DNA of 64,000 nucleotides from the human T2T-CHM13v2.0 reference genome, Homo sapiens. The stretch is from assembly GCF_009914755.1 (NCBI RefSeq), contig NC_060925.1; one strand, 5' to 3'. Position numbers and translations under genes: made by a program. This document shows positions 28,127 through 43,556 of this stretch, in pieces. The first letter of the stretch is position 1. Each line of letters begins with the position of its first letter. The notes under the pieces were generated by a model, which saw nothing but the letters and a program-made list of their open reading frames with translations, had not been told where the DNA came from and did not search any database.

Positions 28127-29786
28127 TTAAGTGAGAAACAAGAAAGACAACAGACAAGTTTCATCTGTTTACAAAGTGCCCTGAGTTTGGCTTTGACAGA
28201 GATGACGATGAATTTGGAAGTGCCCTTCAGTAAATACGAGGATGCAAAGGCTGTCTACTGGTCACGTTCATTTTGGTATTTCTAAAGTTCTATGATATTT
28301 TTAATGTGAAATTTTTCAAATGTTTTTTAATGTGAAAAGATTATTATATTTTGTACGCTCAGCCATCCCCACTTCAATCTCTGTTGATATTAAGATTAGT
28401 AGGGAATTTAACTGTAAGTTTGGTTCAGCCAGGAAAGAGCATTATTTTGTTAGCACCATGTTCTGCTGGTTGGAAAGTCAGGCACTCACATGGTTTGCAC
28501 GCTGTTGATTAAGAAAGGGGACGATGACAAGAAAATCTGATAATCAGGCTTTTGTTCAGAGAAGCAAATTCTAGGATGTCCCCTGGGGTATGTTGAGTTC
28601 TATCTGTAGCTAAACTTTATACTGTAGAGCGAAAACAGATATTTATGATGATTCTTATATAGAAAAAAGACTTTGTGATTACTGTAGTATACTTAGAAAA
28701 TTATATTTAGGAAGCTTTTCAGTAAAGGTTTAAACAAAGATTGTTAAGCTTGAAAGAATAGTTCTTATACTGACAATGTAATTAAGCCACGTATTCCTCC
28801 TTAAATATTTTAATGAAGTTCTACCACACACAGGCATTTAAAGCTACTTTCCATCTTCCTTATTTTCCATCTCCAGTCACCAGGTCCTGTTATGTTTGCC
28901 TTAGTAATATTTTTCAGATTCGTCACTTTTTTCTAGATGATAATGCTTTAATTCAGGCCATCATGGTCTCTCACCTAGACTTTTGCAAGGCTTTCTGACT
29001 AGTCTGTCACTGGACTCCCCTTACCCCATCCTTTTTATCCAAAAACAAATTTGGAATGGGTTGCCGCTCTTATAGTTAAGAATGTGTTTTGGCTCCTCCT
29101 TGCCAGAGTCCAGCTGCCCAGCATGTCCTGGAGGCCCTTCTTCATATTCTGGTCCTGATTTATCTCTGAGTCCAGACTCAGCTCCAGGTGCTTTACCCAC
29201 GGCATCCACTGTGAACTGTTTCTCATTGAGAACATGCCATAGCCTCTCACAGTTATTTGTCTTTTCACAGCCTTTCCTTCTTGCTTAGATTACCCCACTG
29301 TATCTCAAGTGGTAAGCCTCCAGTTCTTCCTTAGCATACAGCTCCTGTGTTAACCTTTTCTATGATGCCTTCCTTCAGGCAGGGTGAGTTTGTTACTCTT
29401 GTGTGTGCTACTACAGCACTTTGCTCATATCTCCATATCACAGCCTTCACTAAGTTGTATTGTAAATTTTTAAACATATGTGATTCTTGCATTAAACCCT
29501 GATTTCCTAGAGATCTGGGGTTCTCACTCATCTTTGTATCCCCGGGGCCTTTGTCCCTAGTTTAGTGCATGGCACATAGTAGGTGTTCAGTAAGTGCTTA
29601 AGTGATCAAAATATGTGACGATAATAGCTTAAGTGTGTAAACCTTTGACTCAGTTTTACTGGAGTTAGGTTTTTCCCTGTGAGTTAAAAATGCTTCCTAG
29701 GTCACCAAGCTCCCTGGTTGCTACCAGACATGAGAAACGGGGGATTGGAAAAATGTTTAGAAACAGTGCTAAAAATGGTGAGCAGG

Positions 29787-30158
<372 letters not shown>

Positions 30159-31269
30159 CTAATAGTAGTACGAGTACTAATTGGTTCTGGAGTATTGTTA
30201 GTATCATAGGAAAAAGCATGTAGGCTAGCTAGAATGTCAGGGAAACTGCTTTAAAGGTGAAATTTGAGCTCATTCCAGATGATTAGGTAATGCTTAATTA
30301 TATTTGCTATTAATATTATCTCTATTGTCCTTAAAGACATCCTTTGAAGATGATGATAGTACCTGGCCATAATAGACATTAAATAAATATATGTGTCATG
30401 AATGAATGGTTTGGTTGCTCTGTATGTGTGTGTATACATGTGCGCACGCAGGAGAGAGAGAAGAGAACTGTAGTTCCTGCCATATTGGAGTTCATTTATT
30501 TCTGGAGACACCTTTAGGAACTTGGCTTCTTTGCTGTATTGACTGAACAACTCGTTTTTCCCAAAATGTGCCACTTCAATTAAGTTATTCTGCTTACTCC
30601 GTTGTTTCTTTGCATTCTCTGCATTCCAGAGCATGTTTTAAAATCTGGTTGTGTTAGTCTTTCTCACTCAGTTTCAAGGTTACACTAAATGACAGAGTTT
30701 GCTTGTGTTTTGACATATTTTGTCATACCGTGGAGGACTTGGCTGCAGTTGGAACCTGTAAATTCTTACTGTGTTTATTTAAATGAAATTAATTTTTATT
30801 AAGGTGAATACACGGGCCCCAGGTTTTCCAATATGGTTAGGAATTTATCCTCCTGGTGAACCTAGTTGTTTACCTGGAAGTATTGGCATCACACAATCCT
30901 AGAGCTGGAGAGAATTTTCAAATTCTAATTCCATTTCTACCTTTTTAAAAATTTTTATTATTGTGGAGAAATCAGTCTCAAAGCAGCTAAACGACTTGCC
31001 CATGGCCACATAGCTAGAGAGTAAATGACTAGGGCCAGAGCCTAGATGACTCTTGCTCTTTTATTTTCTCCAGAGAGACTCAGGGTGCTGCCCTGGTAGT
31101 CTCCACCCCTTGGTCGCCTTTCCCCCCCAAACCCTAGTACTTATTCCCATTTTTAGCCACTAATTTTGGTTTCCTTGAGATTCAGCATCCAGATCCAAAA
31201 AATATACATTCTTCTGTAACAGAATATTGTTCCTCAGTTGGCCTCCTTGTGCTTCTCAGCTCCTCAGTT

Positions 31270-31725
31270 TGGGAATATGCCTTTTCTGGTTATTCTCCAT
31301 TTTCTTGCAGATTTGTTCTCTGGCCTTCTCTCTTCCGTGCTCTAGGAGGCTGACTTTTACAGCTTTCAGCATCTGGGATCCTTTATCCCTTGGCTTCTGG
31401 TTGGGGTTTAGCAAATGGGAAGCAGTGACAGAAAATGGAAGGGAAAAAAGGCCTTTGGAGTATTTGTTCCTTCTGCTCCTTCCATGCTTTGAGGCAATTC
31501 TGGCAGTGACTGTTTTACAGCCGTCCATGTCCACTGGCCGGTGGGAACCTTGTTTGTTTCCTTGCCCCTTCAGGCTACTTGCAGCTCTTAATTCCTGAGT
31601 ACCTCAGCATCTCTTGTTAGTTTTCTTAGCCCTACTCTCACTTCTGTGGGTACTGTAGTCACTTGATTAAAGAAAAGTTCAAACATTGTATCTGATTATG
31701 CTGTTTCCTGCCAGGGCCCACTAGC
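31270..31725 (+). mobile_element. ERVL LTR (LTR33-like)
   Basis: cccttggcttctggttggggtttagcaaatgggaagc...tgctgtttcctgccagggccc. Confidence 0.55.
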
Positions 31726-33835
31726 CCGGTGGAGTACTGCTTTACCCCTCCCATTTCTGTCCAAATCCTACACTCTAAATTGCATCCTCTGTGAAAGCTT
31801 TCTCGTCCTTATAACTTTCTCCTTTGAATTTCTTCGTGCTTTTCTGATAACATTTTACCATGCTTGAATCAATTATTTGTAGACAGATATATATTCCCTC
31901 TAATAGAATGAAACTCTTTTAGATCTGTGTCTGCTTCATCTTGGCATCCCCAAAGGATCCGGCACAGGGCCATAGTCATAAGAGATGCTCAGTGAATAAG
32001 TAATTATTGTAACACTGAATTCTAAGGTCCAGCATAGTATGTGTAAAAATGTGCTCAGGATAAGATTTAGTGTGAGATAACGAGTTTTTAGAGAGACAAG
32101 AAGATTGTCATTGCCTCATCTTGTTTCTTGTTTTACTACCATTTATTTCAATGTGTTTTTCTCCTAGTTAGTTTCTCTTTCTTCTTAAAAACGTTTAGCC
32201 TTGGAAAAATTCAGCAGCCATACATTACAGCAACCAACTAATATAATAAATCCCTTAAAATAACTCTATGAGTTATTTATGATTTTTCCACGAATATTCT
32301 GATTTATAATCTGCAAGAACTAGTTCCTTGATTACTTTTTGTGTTTAAATGTTAACAGGTGGGCACATTGCAGAATTCCTTAATTCATTTACAAAATTTT
32401 TATTGAGGACTTGCTACAAACCAAACACTAGCCCGGTGGAGATAGTAGAGAATAAAACGAAGTCCTGTTTTCATTGGCTTGTATTTTATATCATCTTGAT
32501 AGATTCTGACAATTAAACTAAATCAGTAATTTTGTATGCACTTTTTAACAACTTTAGCGAAAACCGAATCTGTTTTCTTCTGGTACTCATTGGCAGCTAA
32601 AATTAGATATACGAAGACAGCTTTGGCATATATAATTTCTAAGAGATAAATGTCAGAACAATTGTTGAGTCTATTCAAGTCAGGGTCGTTGTTTTATTTT
32701 GTTTGCCTGTGACTGATCATCTATCTGTTAGTCCTGACTAGCTATCACCTTGAGTGTTAATTTGTCAATTTGTTATATTCTGCTGTAGAGATTCAGTCTT
32801 GTTAGATTAATATATCAGGTTTTGTTTTTGAAAACATTTCATAATCAAATTTTCAAGAAGTATTAGGCTATAAGAATTTTGCAGTTATTTCAGAACCTGA
32901 ACTAACTACTAAAGTACTCAGTTTAAGGATTCACGTATTTAATGTTAATTTTTCCTAGTTATTTGTAGAACACATTTCCAGGAAATTTACTCATTTTTGA
33001 TGGATCCTTAAAAGTAGACTCCAGATAGGCTTTCCAAAATGCTCTTAATCTGAGGTTGGGGAATGGAAGAATATTTTTCTTTCATCCTGTACTAGTAAAC
33101 CTCTCAGAGTTTATTTAGATCCTGGAATGATTTACTCCATGACTTCTAAGAAAGATACTGCAAGTAGCCTAACCAACTAAAGTATCTCAGAAGAAAAGTG
33201 TTGGCTGATTGCCAGCACTACATAGTCCAACAGTGCTTTTGTTAGGTGGTGTGCTGTAGTAGGTGTTTTCTTCTTTAAGAGATTGCTTTCTTGGATGTTG
33301 AGTCATGATCATGTTGTTGGCAGGAAGGAGGTGGAAAAAAAAAACTTTGCCATTTTGCTTGGTTATATTGGCCACTTTTCATTATTTTATTTATTCCAGT
33401 ATAGTGATTACGAAGTTTTAAGTGCTTTTTGCTAGTGCGTGCTTTACCTTTAAATGATATTATAAATTTGCTATCCTACTTTTTTGCTTGGAAAGGTGTA
33501 TCTGAGCAGCTTTAGCATTTGCCAGATTTACTCCTGGAAAACATTTTATAATTTTATAGACAATTTCAAAAGAATAATGCTTATGACCTTGCATGCTAAA
33601 ATGGTTATAAAATTTTCTAAAAATGTTCATAACCTGTAGCTTCTGAACATTTTTACCTAAAGCTTTTGAATGTAAATTATAAAATAAATGCATATTTATT
33701 TTAAAAAATTAAACAACATGAATGTGTAAAATAAAAACTCAGAGTCACTGTCTCACATGCCCTCATTCCTCAGTCCCATTCCCTAGGGGTAACTGCAGGT
33801 GTTTTGTTTCTTTTGTTTCATGTGTTATATTTCAG

Positions 33836-33837
<2 letters not shown>

Positions 33838-33873
<36 letters not shown>
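33838..33873 (+). repeat. (GT)18 microsatellite
   Basis: Directly visible. Confidence 0.97.
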
Positions 33874-33875
<2 letters not shown>

Positions 33876-34176
33876 ATTTTTTAAAATGAAACTTCTAGTG
33901 CGTAAGTAAAATTACATAAAACTGCAACTTGAGTATTATTCATGTGTGTACTTATCTAGCATAAGGTAAGCACTCAGTTAATATTAACTGCATTGAATTC
34001 CAGTGTCTTTTATTTCTGTAGCTTGCTTTCTGCATTCAGAACCTGTAAACTCATTTCATTTTAGGTTTTGTAGTTTTTTAAAAAGGCAATTTGCTGGATT
34101 CTGAATCATCTGAGGCAATTTTATATGCCTTTCATAACATTTGTGTCTTAAAAATCCTAGCTATATCCTATATAGA

Positions 34177-34305
34177 GAGGGTGACCATGTAATTTATTGC
34201 CTAAACTGGGATACTTGAGAGTGAAGGAGGCTGCTAATAATAACTTTGCTGAGACAACCAGGCATAAACTGACCATCCAGGCAAACTAAAATATACAGTC
34301 ATCCT
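34177..34305 (+). mobile_element. MER94-like hAT MITE
   Basis: agggtgaccatgtaatttattgcctaaactggga...cagtcatccta with degenerate TIRs. Confidence 0.65.
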
Positions 34306-37300
34306 ATTTACAGACTTAAGTTTTTTGTTTGTTTTGGTTAGTTTAGTAACTTCTTATATGGGTTTGTTGAATAAATTGGGAGTGTCTGGGAAAGACAAGC
34401 TGTCAGTGATTTAAATAGAGAAAAATGGTACGAATTCCAGACCTTTATTGTTTAGTTGTATAAGTAACCAAATCACTTTATGGAGTTAGTATTTGTGTTT
34501 TGTTCTATAAGTCAAAGGGTGTATTAGTATCAGATGAGGGTATCATGAAGAGTAAGGAATTGTGCTAAGGGTTATGATTGAAGTTCTTGCATTTTAGCTG
34601 TACCCGATTCCTGTACCAGATTTTAGCTGTACCAGATTTATTTTTTAGCAGAAACTGAACATTACACATAAACCTTTCTTTGTAAATTTAAAGATAAACG
34701 CAATTCTGGTTTTTCAAAGCACTAACATATGTTCAAAAATTAGATTCTTTTATGAAAAAAACTTTCTTTATATTGTTTGATTCTTTGTTACCAAGGTAAT
34801 AATTAAGTACAGTTTACCTTTTGTGGTTCAGTCATAATACCCAGTGCTTTCCTGAACATCTCATATTGGAATATTTTTCCTGCTCTGTTTTCCATACTGT
34901 GTTTTACCACTTGTTTTGTCTGTTATTCATTTCTTTTTTATTACCATTCTCTATTATCTTCTTGGGAGTTCATCAACTTATAGCTTGTTTTTAAAACAGA
35001 TGTTAAATACAATTTAACTTATGCTTATAGCCTTTACTTGATTGTAGATCTATATGAAAATTGCCTGTGGTTATAGTATTATCTAGTTCTTGATTCGTTT
35101 TGTTTTTATCCATCCGTACTCATTGAGTGCCTTCTATGCGTAAGGGCCTGGAGATATAGTGGTGAATCCTGGTTATCTAAGGCTCCAAATTATGAAGGGG
35201 AAGTAGAACACCTACCACTGTGTTACTTTACATGTATTACTCATTTAATCTCTCCAGTAACCTTGAGTAGTTTATTATTATACTCATGGATGAGAAAATG
35301 TAAGTGAAAAAAGTAATTTGGCTAGATCACACAGGTAATTCATTAGAAAGTTGCAGATTCAGGATTTAAAACTAGATGAGTCCTTAAAGCTGTGCTCGTT
35401 TCCACTATGTCAAGGGCCTTCAGGCAGTTTTTAGATTACATTTTAGTGCCCTTCTGTCATTAATTCCTTTTAAACATCATTGTGATTTAATAGAAAAGTA
35501 TAATGGATTTGGTCAAAGGACTAGGTTGATATCCCAATTGAAAAAAAATTCAGCTGGATGATTTGGGTAAGCACTTATAAAACAGGTTTAATATCTGTCT
35601 ACCTTACTGTATTATAATGCTCAAATGAGAAAGCTTGTAAAGTGTCTAGTAGAGTACCTAATACTCTGAAAAAAATTTAATATACATTGTGCATCCATGA
35701 TGTTAGAGCTGCTTACTTAGCATTACAGAAAAAGACCTTACTTTTCAGGGCATTCTTGAGGTACCTAGCAGTTGGTAAGGTAACTACAGCTACCATGTTG
35801 ACAATAAAGAACCTAATTTGAAGCCTTAGATTATCAAGACATTGGTAAATGGAAAATAACTTCTCTAAGGTATAGTGAAAGGAAAGGTTTAATACTAGGC
35901 TCAATTTTATGGATATTTTTTAATTGATGATCTTCACTCCAAATGAATTGATAGTTGACTATTCCTTAGGATTAAAAGAGATGAAAATCTTAACCCCAGA
36001 ACTTCCCTGTTCTTCTAAGTCCTGTTCTTCCCTTAGCAGAAATGGATAAACCACGGGGACAGTAGGGATTGTAAATGTTTCCAAATTTTCAGTAATCCAA
36101 GGAAATCACAGATTAGTGTGCCTCACATAAAATCATGGTATAAGTAATATTTCTGGTCTCTTTAATATACTTTTTTTCATCGTCAAACCACTTTTGGTAG
36201 GGAGACAAGATGTCATTTCTCTAAAAACTTAATTTGCTAACTTAAATTTCTAAGAAAGGCCATTATGTTTGGCATAATCTTTTTTTTTTTAACTTGCCAC
36301 TTGCTGCTCATGTACCTACTTTTCCTCTGTGTAGTTACAGATTTTTCTCTTACTATTCCTTTACTTGATTATTGATGTTAGACTCACAGCATGGTAACTT
36401 TCTATTCTCTCTTTTCCTTACTTTTATGGAAGATCAGTACCACACTTGCTTTTTTCCAGTCTTCTGGTATCTCTCCAGTTCTTGAATTTTCAAAAATAAT
36501 TGTAAGTGATTGAATTGTAAGTATGCTCTATACTTCTTTCATTGGATGAAAGCTTATCTGTGATGCATGTCATCTCAAATTGCTAATTGTGAACATAAAC
36601 TTTCCAATATTCTCATATTTTAATCAAAATTACATTCCTGCTAAGTTTTCATTAGTTTTATTATAGGGTATGTGTTTTACTAATTAAAAAAAAATGTCTG
36701 CTTTTGTCCAGATTCATGCCATTTATTTTTCATTAGGAGGCTTGTTGTGTGTTTTTTCTTTGTTAAGTTTTTAAGCTATTGTTTAATTTACAGTTCTACT
36801 ACTGATAACTTACCTGTTTTTCTTGTTATTCTGATTTTTTCTATGAGACAAAGAATAACTTACTTCTAATATATTTTCTTTTTCTCTTTTTACAACATAT
36901 TTTTATTATATATGATTTTGCCCTATAAGAAAGTACTGCATATAGGACACTTACTCCTTTAAGTTTTCACTGTGAAATAAAATTAGATATGAAAACAATT
37001 ATTCATTTGTGAATTTCTTTTTACAATGTTATTACTCAGCCTTCCTGTTCTACCTTATTCTCGGTTCCTCAGGTTGCCCATAGGTTTCTTAATTTCCGGA
37101 TTCTGGACTCAAGAACTTCACCTTTATCTCCACTGTTCATTACTCTTCCTCTGTCAGCAGGAATTACTTTAAAAGCTCCTACTCTGCCTCAGGAATTGAC
37201 TCTTGTGTTGTTTTACTAAGGAAGTGTCTCTCCAAAGCAACTATAATTTATATGCACTTCAGACAGTTTTAAGGACTTCTCTTGCAGTACTCCTTTTAAT

Positions 37301-37654
37301 GGGGGTAAAACATTCAGTTACGTGTATGTGTAAAGTATAAATAGTGTTTAATGTCCCAACTGAAATCATTAAGAATTGATTTTGCTGACATTTGTTAGCT
37401 TTTAAGTTCCTTCTGAAAAAAGTAGTGTTATTTAACTTAAGTATTAGAAAGGTAGTAGGAAGTACCGACATACAGTTTTGAGGCAGTTTGATATTCTTCT
37501 ACAAGTCTAGTTATATTATTTTAGAAATTCCCCTTAAATTGGCCCAGATGTGTATGTTTCTCTTTCTCTCTCTATTAAACTGGATACATAGATTCTGGAT
37601 GATATAGAAGTATGTGTTATTCTTCTTGACTTTATGTATCTACTTTAGATTTTG

Positions 37655-37905
37655 CTTCTTTTCTTTCTCTCTTTCCCTCTCTCCTTCCCTCCTTCCCTCC
37701 CTCCCTTCCTTCCATCCTTCCTTCTCCCTCTCTCTCCCTTCCTTCTTTCCTTCCTTCCTCCTTTCCTTTCCTTCCCTTTTTTCTTTACTTCCTCTTCCCC
37801 TTGCCCTTCCCTTCCCTCTCTCCCCACTCCCTCCCCCAACCTCTCTTTCTCTCTCTTTCTTTCTTTTTTTTTTGAGGGTCTTACCCTGTGCCCAGGCTAG
37901 AGTAG
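37655..37905 (-). repeat. CT-rich low-complexity tract with a short Alu 3' remnant
   Basis: ~220 nt almost pure pyrimidine followed by ttttgagggtcttaccctgtgcccaggctagagt. Confidence 0.88.
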
Positions 37906-38721
37906 CTTTATTAATAAAGTGTTTTTGAAAAACAGAGACTTTTTTTTTTTAGCATATTCACCACAGAAGTGGTTTTTCTTTACATAGGTTTCTAAATTTT
38001 ATGGTTAGATTGAAGTTTAATTTCTATTGAGATTCTTCTAATTTAATTTCTTGTTACATCACAGACCATTTTGTCTTTATTTCTCTATAATTGTTGTGTA
38101 TAATTTAAACTTTAAATGAATTCATACAGGAATCATCTAATTAGAGCTGTGGCTCACATCAGTGTAATAAACCAAAGAGCAGCAACCTCTTTGGTCCTGA
38201 GTGCCAATAATGCGACATAATCCCTTCAGTTACTACTGAAGGACCTGGACAAAAGAGAAAGAAAGACAACATGGAGAAAAGGCTTGAGGGAGTAGAGAAT
38301 AGGAGAAAGAGAACAGAAAGGTAAGAGAAATCTCGGGAGAGGAGGTCGGGGGAAGACCGATGTTGTGGCATCAACAATTTCCAGTCACTGTAGCCAGCGC
38401 CATGTGTGTTCATTTAACACTGAGCTGGCCCTGATGGGTATAGTGATGAATGAATGGCATAGTTCCTGCCCTTGTGGAGTTTTAATCCTTCAGAGAAGTC
38501 ACTCAAATATTCAATTATGATAAAATGTGATAAATGTTAGAGCAAGTACAGAATACTAGAATGTGTATCTACTTGACTCCCAGCTTACTTGTTCTCAAAA
38601 GCTACTGTAAGAAGTATGAAGTCACACTGTCTGAAAGAATTTGCCCTATTCTCAGTTCTTTTCAAAGACAGACCACCCTCAATATGGTAAAGGACTATAT
38701 TCTTAGTCCTGTTTAAAACTC

Positions 38722-39061
<340 letters not shown>

Positions 39062-41825
39062 TTAATATGAATAAGTGTTGTGGCTTAGTGTTCTAAATGT
39101 TGAATGGAAAGAGAAACAGTTAACACTTCAGGAGAATTTTAATGAAATATTCTACATTAGGAAGTAGTGGGTTTCTCATCTCATGAGATACTTAAGACAA
39201 GACTAGATGACTTTCAAAGATGTTATGAAAAGAACTTCTGTGAATGGGAGGTTGAATTAGGTGACTGCTGTAAGTCACAATATAAAGTCATACTTGTGCT
39301 TTCTTCTAGAGTATTAGTTTTACTAGATTTGAGAAAACACTTGTTAACTACTTGTTCATGTTATCGATGAATTTTACATGATATTTTATTGGTTGCAGAT
39401 GGGGCAACTATATACATAAATTTTCCTTTTAAATACATGAAAAATTTTTGCATTACTATGCAAGGGTGATTGGGCCAGTTCTGGGACTGTCATTATAAAC
39501 CTCCTGTTACACATTACCTAAAGAAAAATGGATTGATGAGTAGATCTTTGGCTTGGACCTTGTGAAGTGTGAAGTTTATTCTAGAGTTAAAAGAAGGTTA
39601 TGGAAGACTATCTAGAGGCAAGTGTAAGAAGAGAGTCAAGGTGAGGTTTATATGATTCTACAAACATCAAAAAGTTGTTTCTGAAGAATTGATTTAGGTA
39701 AGGTTTAGATAGCAGTAATTTAAATCTGTTTCCATTCAGTCACTGAACAATTTTTAATCTAATCGGTAATTTGTTTAAAAAGGATGTTTTAGTTAGATTT
39801 TTACAATGTTAATTCTAAATGGATTCAGAAGAGTGAAAATACTTAAAGATCACTTTTCCCCTCTCATTTAGATGCTTTTTTTATTCATTTATGAATATGC
39901 CATTAACCTTTTAAAATATTTACTAAAAACAATGTATTTAGCTGATTTTAACTGGGTCTTGATAGTTAATTATTGATAATCATGTTACATTGCTGTGTGA
40001 AACAAAACCAAAAAACAAGCCAAACAGTCCTGATTTTTCTGTGGCACAGTAACATGGAAATAAGTTGCTCATTTCTTTCATAGTACAGTACTCTAATATC
40101 TATGAAATATGATGTACTTATCCATTTCTATGTCTTTTGTCACCAAACTGTATATTTTAAATGTCTCTAACAGGAACTTCTTTGGGTTATCTTTAAAAAT
40201 GAAGAAGTTTAAACACAGTTTTATAAATATATCTGGATTTTGTATACATTGTTTATTAAGATTTTTTTTTTCAACTTTTGTTTTTGTACATGTCATCTCA
40301 TTGGGAAGGGGCTTTGTAATACTCATTGTCAAACAGTTTCTTGATATGTATGTAAAATAGACATTTATCGCCTTTGAATTTGAAAAAGAAAACAAATTAT
40401 GAGATAAGTTGATTTTTCCCATGGTCTTAATAGGACTTAGATTTTTAATAAAATTCTATTTTTTCTTTGGTTCCAAATTTTTGAATTTTAGTTTGGGAAG
40501 AGCAACAAAAGTACTATAATAGTAGTAATTGATAGTGTCATTAGTTGTTGTCTTTAGTAGAGGTAGTAGCTGCTGTACTAATAATAGGAGGAGGAGGATG
40601 CCCGTATTTGGCTGGCAAGAAAACCCAGATTTGGACAGCCACAATATTGTGTTAGTGAATGCACTAGAATTAGAAACCAGATTTGCCAGCCCATTACTGT
40701 TTCCATAATACCATACCATCTTAATTTGATGTTTTGAGATAATGGTTGTAAAAGTGCTTTAATGATAAAGTATACAAAGATCAGGTGTTGCTGTAATATA
40801 AAATAAACTTTGGCTTCAGTTTACTAAAATGAGAATGTGAAAATAATCAGCATGCTTTGGGCGAAGGCAGGGAGGAGATGACAAGTGAAAGTCAAGTGTG
40901 AGATGGGTATGTTGATCAAGTATATTTTACCCATTTAGTGCAGAATTTTGTGGTTGGGTTGGGATTTTTACAGTAGCAGTTCCTAACCCTCAGTCCCCTG
41001 CTTAACAGTATGATGACTGGGCATGAAAATGTGGCAGTCAGAGAAGATTAAGAACTCAAAAGTTTCTTTTGGCTAAAGTTAAAACATAAGAATCCCATGC
41101 TCTTGGAGCTTAAACTCTTTACGTATGCAAAAAGTAGGACATGCAAATGCTGCACTTTTAGACCGAGAAATAAGTAGGCCTTCTAAATAAATAAACATCT
41201 ATACCACGTCTAAGTGTAGTGTTCATGCCAAGGGTGAAAGTGAGTAGGAAACTTGATTAGGACAGGTGTTGTTACTTTCACTTAGAGAGGGGCCACCTCT
41301 TAGAAGAGGAGAAAATTTAGAGGTTCTTTCTTTAGTAGGGGAGGAGGGAGGAAAACTTCAGAGATCATGGGGTGGGTTGAGGAATGGGAGAACTAAACAG
41401 TGAGAATATGAAGTTAACATTAAGGGAAGGGAGGAATGAACTGAATGAAAAAGGGGAAAATAGAAGTAACCTAGGTGGGTTTTGTTTATGTTCCTTTGTT
41501 AAATTACTGTTGTTCTAGTGGTGACTGGGAGCCAATTACAGGGTTTGGGGGAGATAAGAAAGTGATTCTGGAGAGAAGAGTAAATCCAATTTGAGCAGCA
41601 GCATGTGTAACTGCTGAGAAGGGAAGCAGTGCTCCAAGTTAATGAGGAAGATTGATGTACCACTGTTTAAATAGACCTAACTGTTAAATAGACCTATTAT
41701 TTGTGTCAAAATAGAACTGTATTTTAAAAATTGAAATGTCTTCATGTATGAAGGGAAAAGTATTTTTTGTACTATTAAACTTTGCTTGGGTTCTGGTAGA
41801 TTTATTGCAAATTCTCTTTCTCTAG

Positions 41826-41921
41826 GGTTTGGATTCAGGATTTGTTCCTAGTGTCCAAGATTTTGATAAGAAACTTACAGAAGCTGATGCTTACCTACAA
41901 ATCTTGATTGAACAATTAAAG
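41826..41921 (+). CDS. OSBPL9: OSBPL9 exon ~5 (96 nt)
   Basis: ctctttctctag|GGT TTG GAT...TTA AAG|gtatgg; [32 protein letters not shown]; phase 0-0. Confidence 0.97.
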
Positions 41922-42173
41922 GTATGGCATTAGTTTGTATATTAAATTTATATAAATAGAAAATGTTACTGAGCTTGATTTTTGAGTAAAAACAGTTACT
42001 TGATGTTAATTTACAGCCCTCATGTGGTTCTTCAGCAGTTTTTAAAGCAGACTTAAAAGATCTAGCTGACTTATTCAAAGGTCTTTATCTCTAATTATAT
42101 TGGTAAATAGCATATTTACATAATGCTTTTTTGGTCATTAAGAAAAAAAAGGTAAATATGTAGGCATAATTAG

Positions 42174-42531
<358 letters not shown>

Positions 42532-42999
42532 TAGTGGCTCAATTTCTAACACTTTTTTAATTTGAGGGAGATGGAATATGGGGAGGTGATTTCTCTACCT
42601 CTTTTATCATTACTGAAATGAATTGTCTCCTTCAGTTCCTACTTAAAATTAATTAAAAGCAGAGGTGCTGGGAAAAGGACTGTTGATAAACTTGGAAAAC
42701 AAAGCAGAAAAAAAACTTCAAGTTTGAATTCATAGTTTAATTTTTTAAAAGTCATCTGTTTTCTTTTGCTTATAATTCTTCCAGAGTGATTGATCTTGAC
42801 CAGTTAAAATGATTTCATACAATAGAATTTGACTTTGATTGAGTGCTCGAAAAAAAATACATGTTGTCTTGAAAATAACATATAAATCATCCCTGGACAA
42901 AATGTGTTTAAGAACAAATGTTTGTTTTTCTGTGTTTAGTGAATGTACATCGTATAGTAAAGTGGCTTGATACTATAACCATTTTTTAAAATCTTGTAG

Positions 43000-43047
43000 C
43001 TTTTTGATGACAAGCTTCAAAACTGCAAAGAAGATGAACAGAGAAAG
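43000..43047 (+). CDS. OSBPL9: OSBPL9 exon ~6 (48 nt)
   Basis: atcttgtag|CTT TTT GAT...AGA AAG|gtaact; LFDDKLQNCKEDEQRK; phase 0-0. Confidence 0.96.
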
Positions 43048-43256
43048 GTAACTTCCATAACCGTGCTTTTGACGTTAAAAATTTTAAATTCAGCCTTTTG
43101 GAGAACACTAAGTATCTTAGTGTGTTTTTACTTACTATAATAATATTATTGACCTAGTGTAATATTACTGCCATATGGACCTCAAGGGTACTTTTCTGAT
43201 AAATTTCTGTTATGGTTTCATAATTAAACAAAAGGATAATATACAGAGTTGTGGAG

Positions 43257-43556
43257 TTTTTTTGGTTTTGTTTTGTTTTGAGATAGTCTTGCTCTGTTGC
43301 CCAGGCTGGAGTGCATTGGCACGATCTCAGCTCACTGCAACCTCCACCCTCTGGGTTAAAATGATTCTCCTGTCTCAGCCTCCCAAGTAGCTGGGATTAC
43401 AGGCATGTGCCACACCTGGCCAATTTTTGTATTTTTAGTAGAGACAGGGTTTCACCATGTTGGCCAGGCTGGTTTCGAACTCCTGACCTCAGGTGATCCA
43501 CCCACCTTGACCTCCCAAAGTGCTGGGATTACAGGTGTGAGCCACCACACCCAGCC
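43257..43556 (-). mobile_element. AluS
   Basis: Alu antisense. Confidence 0.95.

Noticed and set aside
34590-34640. Short imperfect tandem duplication (ttttagctgtacc, ctgtaccagattt); a similar one near 41662-41696
   Set aside because: Ordinary replication-slippage duplications with no sign of function.
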